A stretch of DNA of 41,423 bases from Proteromonas lacertae (Eukaryota), in assembly GCA_002245135.1 (NCBI GenBank), contig NGBS01000057.1, positions 1 to 41,423 on the forward strand, given 5' to 3'. Positions 33,707-41,423 of this stretch are shown here, piece by piece (positions within the stretch are counted from its first letter, which is position 1; each line of letters opens with the position of its first letter). The position numbers were made by a program, and so were the translations under genes. The notes below the pieces were generated by a model. That model was not told where the DNA came from. It ran no database searches and saw nothing but the letters and a program-made list of their open reading frames with translations.

Positions 33707-36164
33707 ATGTTCAACACCGGGAACAACTTACGGGAGAACGATGAGGAGATGTTAAGGTTACTTAATACTATCGACAAGACTACTTACGATGTGAAGCAAA
33801 AGATAGATGGAAAGGTCGTTGTTAAGTATGATAAGGACGTGTTGTTCCAAGACTCCCAGGAAGTGATTCAAAAGGCTTTGAGTTCTGGTGAACTCAAGGC
33901 CGTGATAGACTATGATAAGATCAATCCTCCATTGGTAAGCACTATCCAAGAAGTCCTCCGAGGAACACCAGTCAGTATCAATCAGAAGCAACAAGAAGAA
34001 GTAACCTCATCCACAACAGCTATCAAGAGAAAGTTGGATGATCACTCGGAGGAGTCATCTACGAAGTTGGCTAAGCTAGAGACTGATCATCATCAACTCC
34101 ATGAGTACCTTCAAGGTACCTTACAACCAGATCATAAAGCTATTCAATCGACCTTAAAGGAAGTGCTAGATGAGACTGATAAGATTGAAGGTATCGATCA
34201 GAAGCTCCAGGAAGTCAAGAACCTATGTACTTTGCTTAACAACAAGATCCCTAAAGACTTCGGAGAGACAACTATCACATCCTTGAGCAATATTGCTACT
34301 TGCAGCAATGAACTTAAGCACTACACGGAGAAGCAATTACCAGAGTTGTATAAGAGCATGGAGGATGTAAGCTATATCCTTGAATCCACCAACACTTCAA
34401 TCGATCAATTGAAAGCATCGGAGGATGAGAAATTGGATCGTCTAAGTACCTTGTTGAAGTCATTATGCGAGAGTCTCAACATCGGGGATGTTAACGTCTA
34501 CGATATGATCAAGTACATCACTACGATGGATGATAAGAGCCTTACGAAGCTCACTGACTTAGAGAAGCAGATCAAAGTAGCCTCCGAGGAGTTGATCAAG
34601 ATGAAGAACAACTACGAGGAGTACAAGGCAATCAATACTGTGATTAACAATAACATGATTAAGTTCAAGGAGGTCTTACAAGAGATTGAGATTGCCAATG
34701 GTTACAACAAGGACTTCAAGAACCAGATGAATGCTATGGAGGAAGAGATCGCCGGGTTGAATGGAGAAGCTGACAAGACGAATACCTTCTGCACTGAGGA
34801 GAGAGCTACCGCTATTGACAAGACCAAGGGATATTGTAAGTAAGATAGATATCGATGATATCAACCAGTATTGTAGTAGCTCACAGAAGGAGAAGATTGA
34901 TAAAGTCCATGAGCTGATCACCGGCATAGCCATCGAAGATATTAACAACTACTGCTCCTTGGAGAGACTTACCATTGTCAAGAGTATTGAGGAACTGATC
35001 AAAGGATTCATTACCGATAAGAGAACTAAGGAGATCGACATACCGACAACACAATCAAGGAGTTTTGTACTTTCCGAGAAGTGCTGCTATCGATGAGACC
35101 AACACTGTTGTGAAGCACTTCTGTACTTCGGATCGATCGGAGAAGATAGATAAGTGTTATGAGCGTGTCCATGACCTCAACAAGGAGAGTATTAACCAGT
35201 TCTGTACTGAAGGCCGAGGTAACTTCATTGATACAACAAAGGCCAACACCGATGCAATCAAGATCAAGGTGGATTCTCTAAGTATCACGATGTGAATGCA
35301 ACCTGTGGCGTGGCTAGAAGGACTGAAGAAGACAACCTCCGAAGGAACTTTGGATGGCTTCTTTAACAACACTCGTAAAGGACTCATCGACACAGCTATC
35401 AACAATGCAGCTGCTATCAGAACCAAGATCGATGGATTCAATACTGGGAATGTCAATAGCTTCTGTTCACCAGCTCAATTAACCAAGGTCAATGAAGTAC
35501 ATTCAAAGATAGGAGACTGCCAGACAAGAGTCATTGAAGTCCAAGGCAAAGTCAACAACCTCAACAACCTGGCCGTAACTCAAGTAAACAACATTACCAG
35601 TGCAGCTCAATTAAGTAAGATCAACTCAGTCGATAGCAATGTCCAGGATGTCCAGAAGAAGTTGACCGAGTTGAAGACATCAGTAGAAAGTCTGGCTTCT
35701 CAAGGAGATGGATCATCGGAGATCAAGACCGTACTTAACCAGATGAGTAACACCTTGTCTTCGATATTGAACATGACAGCAGCTAGCATGGACTCTCCTC
35801 TGGTGGCAGTTCCCATAAGCTTCTATAGTACAGTAAGACCTGATTGTAAATTCGAATGTTTACTTAAGGCTTATGTCAATCGTGTAGAGCTGGAGTTCAT
35901 ATCAAGCAGCGGATGGATCGGGAAAGTGTGGGTGAAGGATGTGAATGCAAAGGGCTTTGCTAAGTTAAGGAGTGGTTCCATCTTGATAAGAAGATAAGTC
36001 ACTGGGTTGTTCCCAATCCTAGAGATCCTAACATGACTGATTATGACAGACACTTCCTTGAATTCATCCCCGCCGACAATTCAATTCATTGTGAATTCGG
36101 TATGATGCCAGGTAATGGAACAAGAGCAATCTGTATAGATGCTAACTTCAATGGTCCTCAATAG
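33707..36164 (+). CDS. Large (~800 aa) coiled-coil/repeat protein with a C-terminal globular domain, disrupted
   Basis: ORFs 33707, 34761, 35065, 35296 and a final frame (FHLDKKISHWVVPNPRD...FNGPQ*) join via frameshifts near 34828, 35040-35070 and 35975 and a TGA at 35293; shared repeat N-x-(F/Y)C-x3-(R/Q)-x3-(I/V)D. Confidence 0.7.
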
Positions 36165-36497
36165 TCGATGTGTGTTGGGTGAACTATCGGAGGATAACTA
36201 TAAGCAGTGACCACCTTCGGAGCTGCCCAACCATGCTGCAAATAGTTTACCTTGCTTTGTTGGGCAGCAACAACTCCAAGAGATTCAACAACCCTGGATG
36301 ATGATCAAATGAAAGTTCCTTCTCAATGATCCTGGTAATGAAGAAAGCAGTTCTTCTTCCGGGCATGGACAAGAACGTCTACGACGGAACCTTCCTTACC
36401 AAGTCCGATATTGCTCCGCAACATCGTCCTTGGTAAGGAAGCTTCCTCTGAGACGTTCTTACCCATACTCCGAAAGAGATCACTGCTTCTTCATTAC

Positions 36498-36698
36498 CAT
36501 CACCTCGAGGTAACCAACACTTCTAGATAGCTTCCAGGAGTACTCGTAGGAGATCGTCTCATAGATAGGTATAAGTAGGTATAGAAATAGCTTCCAAGAG
36601 TCCCCGTAGGGAAGTAGACTCCTTAGGAAGTAGACCCCGTAGGAGGAATTCCGTAGGAACCTTACGTAAATGTGACCCTGGTACAATTGTCGGAGTCC
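36498..36698 (-). repeat. Right inverted terminal repeat with a truncated hairpin arm
   Basis: 36498-36691 is the ITR; 36692-36698 GGAGTCC matches the hairpin arm after a 23-nt skip. Confidence 0.9.
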
Positions 36699-37475
36699 AT
36701 TTATATAGGTATATAGTGGTTAATAAATAAACATATCAATTACAAAAGAAATAATGTTAAATAAATATTCTAAGATTAAAATGTTAAATCAATATGCGTT
36801 TTTATAGCATTTTTCTTAGACTATCGCACATATAATTTGAACTAAATATATACCTCACGTTGCTTTTACTTATATAAAATGAGATTTTTTACTTATTTCA
36901 TTTCTTCACCACTAAACAATTTACACATTAATATGCCAAATAAGAAATCAACTGACAAAGCAACTATCCTACCTCTCAAAACACATACTACATCACTCAA
37001 AAAAAGAAATAATAAAAACAATAAAACCATCACTAAAAATATAGTCGTTTCAATAATTTAAAAATATCTTTCTTGTTAAGATGGTGTTGTCTACTAAAAA
37101 TAATATAATTCTAAAGTATTTTACTAGTAGCAATTATTTTGTTGAATAGATAAAAGGTATGACCTCATTGAGCGTTATTGAAGCAATTTAATAAGATGAA
37201 TATTTAAGCAATAAAGTTCCATTGTTCAATAAAAAATTGAAATGATTCGAAATATTCTAATAGTTCCATTATTTCAATAGTTGTATTAATGTAATAATCA
37301 CATTATTTTATACCAAACACAGTTTTATAGAAATATGAGAATAAGAAGTTCGATTTAGAAAAATATTCAAAAATTGTTTAATATTTGGGAATAGAGTAAG
37401 ATATAAGTAAATAGAGATAATATGCATATGTTTTAATGTATTTATTAATTGCTATTCTTATTCAATAAGAATGTA

Positions 37476-39340
37476 TCATTCTGCAATATAGAGTTCCGCC
37501 ATATTGGTAACAACATTCTTGATATCTTGGAGAAACGATGATATGAATGAACTAGTGTCACTGCAGTTGAACGTGAATTCTTTACCTTTACTGAGTAATG
37601 ATAAGTACCTTGGACTTCTTATGAGTAGAAGTAGCCATAGGCTCACGCTGTTGTAATTCAAGGCTAGAGGAAGTACGGGTAGATAATGCTTGTTGAGTAT
37701 TCATAAGGCAATGTCTTTCTCTCTTCTCTCGGAGGATCAGAAAAAAATGAATACAGAGATGCCTGATATTATAAGTCCATCCCAAGAACATCTGCATTAT
37801 CAGTAGAAGGATGGTAATCAAGATACATCGGATAAATCTAACAACATCTACTATACTCAATAGCTGGGTGATCTTCAAGGAACATCTGGACGTTCAAGAC
37901 AAGGAGGATTCAAAAGACTCTTACCAGCGCTTCGCCATGACAGAAGAACTCACGGAAGCTATAACTCCAGTAGCGACAACTTCTTTCAGCGACAAGCACA
38001 AAGCGATCAAAGTCAAAATCCATTACTCGGTAAGATCCAAGGAAGTGAACGATTAAGTAAATTGGTAACTCCCGCCGGAAGAAGTTCCGAAATGTTAACA
38101 TTCCGAAGTGAGTTGTGAATCGACATTCCCGGCATTGATCAATTTTCTTGCCTTTCAATCATGGTCATCTCAACTACTAATAGATCGATTGCTCCTTACC
38201 GTCCTCCTTTAGTTATGGAGGCTATACTTCATGGTCAACCTCAAATAGCCTTCATAAAAGCAATGCCTTATGAACACACTCACATGGAGTATAGCAATAG
38301 CCCGCAATTTGTTAATGGATTACTAGGACTCACCAGCCAAGATAATCCTTGTAATTTGATTTTGATCAAAGATGTTCCCTTAACAACCTCAGGGTTGAAG
38401 ATCATAGCATCATGCAGCAACTGGACTATACCATCGGTGAGCTCCTTATGCAATGTATGAGCCTATCTTCAAATCTACCGATAGTGATCCTTACCAATGC
38501 TACTCGAGATCATGTCTTTAACATCACTGATAAATATAACTTCTTCGTCCTCTCGGCAAAGGAACGATACGGACAATTGAGTTACAATAACAAGATGTGG
38601 AAGGTGGAAGCACTGCAATGGATCATGAACTACTACTTCGATGGCCCAATAACTTAGGGTACTTGATAAGGATCCCTTGGATGCACTTCATCTATCAGTT
38701 TCAATCCTTAAGAAGGCGATTCAACTAGAAGTAGGCCAGGCTGCTGATGGAGAGAAGCTCATTGGTACCATAGAGAAGTTGAACCTCAACCTTGCTTCCT
38801 TCTGTAGAGATCTCCGATCCTTCCACGTCCACTTAAAGAAGTAATTAATTAGTCTTTGTTTATTTTTTGTTGTCTTTGCTTAAATAACACTAAGCGTCCT
38901 CGTAAGTGATAATGTTCTTGGACCTTTATGTAAAGTCGTAGGAAGCAGATTGAGCTTCATAAGGTGATGATGGAACTTGGCAGAAAGGTTCTCAAAGTAT
39001 ATACAGTCATTATCAGGAGTAGGATCGGTATACCTGACCATCACTCCGAGATTCCTTATCTGTTGCTTCCTTATTGTTAAAGATCACGTACTTAGCTTCT
39101 TCATTCAAGGTGATCTCCTCCTACACATAATTGTAAAGGGCATCTAGGAACTAGTTCAAACAACATCGCTTGCATTCTTTAAGCGTCTTATCATGTTCTA
39201 ACCCTTTGTTCATAACTTGATCTAGATTCTCCCAACTTGTTCTAAATCTCTATTATAAGGAATGCAATTATGCACTCTTGTTGTACACCGTTGGGAGATA
39301 AATGGGTTTAGATTACGTTGAAGTTATAAACGTAACCTTA
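37476..39340. mobile_element. GC-richer multi-gene relic resembling the hairpin element in composition
   Basis: Several decayed ORFs on both strands (plus 38161-38844 via two frameshifts; minus ~38880-39215 with in-frame TAGs); TGGTAACTCC at ~38063 matches the last iteron. Boundaries approximate. Confidence 0.5.
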
Positions 39341-39928
39341 AGCTTAGTTTTCAAAATAGTTACGTTGGCTGCATATCGTATTGTTCTGTTTAACATCTAT
39401 AACATTAGCAGAAAACGAAATATAGTAACTTTAATTTCTATATACTTAATATTGAGATTGTAAAAGTAAGCTTGAAAGAAGGTTGAGCTCGATTTTTATT
39501 TTTCTCAGCTGATGTATTTTTCATTGTAGTAACGATTGAGATAAAAAAATATTGAATAAGTAAAATGAGTTTCATATATACAAGGCAGAAGCTTAAAAAA
39601 GAATATATCGAATATGTAGCTTATATGCCAAAGTAAGGTTATATTTGAATATAACTCACTACCAAACCCTCTACTGTCGAATTAGTTTTTAATAAAAACC
39701 CATTTATCTCCCAAAGGCGCAAATCTCCAAAGGCGTACGATATTTATGGTGTTTAACTAAATTAGACATATTAACTTAACATATAAATATGACAATATTA
39801 ACGAATATTTTTATATTATCTATGTTAGTCTCTATGAGTGGAGGAAACAAGTTTAAAAAGGCATTAAAATTGCAATTATTCGATGATGATTATGCCCATG
39901 TTAGATATACCAAAGTATCCATATAGAT

Positions 39929-40799
39929 TTAGAAGTTACTCTTTCTTTTAGCAAGAATATTATTCTTTGATTCTCTATTGCAATCAAATTTTTTGATAAT
40001 TTCATATCCCATTTCATTGAGAATTTGAAACATATTTTCTATTTCATAATTTCCATTCTTCTTCTTTCTTCCACATCCTACCTCCATATATATAAATTCG
40101 GATACATGAGTTTTTAAAAAATTCTTTCCTCCATCAATTAGCTCATATTCAGCACCCTCTACATCTATTTTTATCATAGCAATTCTTTTAGGAATAATTT
40201 TGTCAAATTGATCTAGTCTTTTTACATGTATATATTCCTTATAATCACTATGATTATAGTGTAAAGATGAATAACCCCAATTATTCTTCACAATTCTCAT
40301 TATTTGATTTTCATCCCTCTTTCCTAAAGCATATGGGTATATATTTATTAACTTAGAAAATTTATGATTGCTAAATGTAGTTAAACTGAATGGAAACAAA
40401 TTATTTGGAAGAGGTTCAAATGCAATAACTTTTACATTTGCACTAGCAAACACAAAGAGCATGAACCAATATTTGCTCCAAAATCAACAAATATCCCATT
40501 CTTACTTCCAGATAAATATATGTTATAAATCTCTTGACATTCAGGCCATTTACCTTTAATTCTAATGATGTTAGACACGTAGTCATCATTTCTTATAACT
40601 TGAGCAAATGACATGTTGAATATTTTGCTTGAGTAAAATATATGATTGATTATTTAATATAGTAGGTACTGTTACATATTTTAACATTTTATATTTTTAT
40701 TATTACTAATATTCTCCTTAGATACTATTTTATATTTATATGATACAAGATAATAAATATAAACACTATTAATAATGCATATAAAACCAAAAATTTCAT
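39929..40799 (-). CDS. FkbM-family methyltransferase with an N-terminal TM, frameshifted (pseudogene or assembly error)
   Basis: FVDFGANIGSCSL, VIAFEPLPNN, MIKIDVEGAE; frameshift at ~40460 and an unresolved break at ~40680. Confidence 0.8.
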
Positions 40800-41293
40800 T
40801 CTATTATTAATTCTATTAAAATATTTAATACTGAAATGAAAGAAATCTATTTGTAATTAAAAACAATAGTAATGTGAATATTTTTGATTATTTAATATTG
40901 AAATTTAATTGTTTATTAATAGTAGAATCAAAAATGGGTTTGGCTTGACCATCCCATCCTCTTTTAATACTATACATATGCATTGTCTTTATATTTTTGT
41001 ACTCTTTACAAGCTTGACTTGATAGAGTTTTTATAAAATAAAAGAAAACTACTTCGAACGATTTGGAATTTAGGCTCGAGCTTGACTTATTTTATTTTGT
41101 TAAATAGAAAGAGATATGGAATTTTATATTTTCAAAAATATATATTATGATGTATTTATTTATGATATTAGAAAATCATATAAAAAACAAAAGAAAGTTA
41201 AAAAAAAATGAATCGAACGTTCGAGCCAAATCGAACGATATTTTTGAAACTACTATTATAACCATATTAAACTATTTTGAGAAGTTCATTATG

Positions 41294-41423
41294 ATGTTGT
41301 TCAGCTTTAAAACAAACTAAATGCATATTCTTGCTAATTTAAATGAAAAATTGTTACTTTTATGCTTAGTTAATCATTTCAGCTAATGTATTTTAGTTTA
41401 TATTAGCTAAATATGCATTTAGA
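41294..41423. mobile_element. Internally deleted family B-like fold-back fragment running off the window
   Basis: TTTAAAACAAACTAAATG...GAAAAATTGTTACTTTTAT joined to TAATCATTTCAGCTAATGTATTTTAG as in 10030-10080. Confidence 0.65.

Larger units (their letters stand above)
28786..36698. mobile_element. ~7.9-kb hairpin-ended element with inverted terminal repeats (endogenous linear virus/plasmid-like)
   Basis: Abrupt GC increase at both ends, terminal hairpin, 194-bp ITR pair, iterons, hairpin array and unknown ORFs; no TSD seen. Confidence 0.85.

Noticed and set aside
28786..36698. Polinton/Maverick or LTR retroelement
   Set aside because: No pPolB, integrase, ATPase, capsid or RT motifs seen; the repeats are inverted with a hairpin and there is no 6-bp TSD.

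Overview
Very AT-rich eukaryotic genomic DNA with tiny GT-AG introns (about 24-48 nt). The intron size and gene content suggest a Blastocystis/Proteromonas-like stramenopile, but that is inference. 1-7.4 kb: compact host genes, namely a hybrid histidine kinase with a bacterial sugar-binding-protein-like ectodomain, an SPFH/band-7 protein, an Erf4/Golgin-A7 protein, a CG-1-like protein and a FAIM-like proline-rich protein. 7.6-10.4 kb and 22.5-26.7 kb: a hAT relic, a PWP2 pseudogene fragment and fold-back elements without target-site duplications, one of them a chimera joined at a shared central motif. 10.9-24.4 kb: a tightly packed glycosyltransferase/methyltransferase island, with another methyltransferase gene at ~40 kb. 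The stand-out feature is a GC-richer ~7.9-kb element (28786-36698) built like a hairpin-ended linear virus or plasmid genome. It has a 205-nt terminal hairpin, 194-bp inverted terminal repeats and 5x18-bp palindromic iterons. It also carries an array of apparently spliced non-coding hairpin units with a conserved internal loop and a flip/flop loop pair, a Cys-rich ORF and a fibre-like coiled-coil ORF. No replicase, capsid or integrase is recognisable. Two further GC-richer relics (~20956-21870, ~37476-39340) appear related; the first shares the terminal motif but has different gene content, hinting at a segmented endogenous element family. Several single-base frameshifts may be assembly errors.
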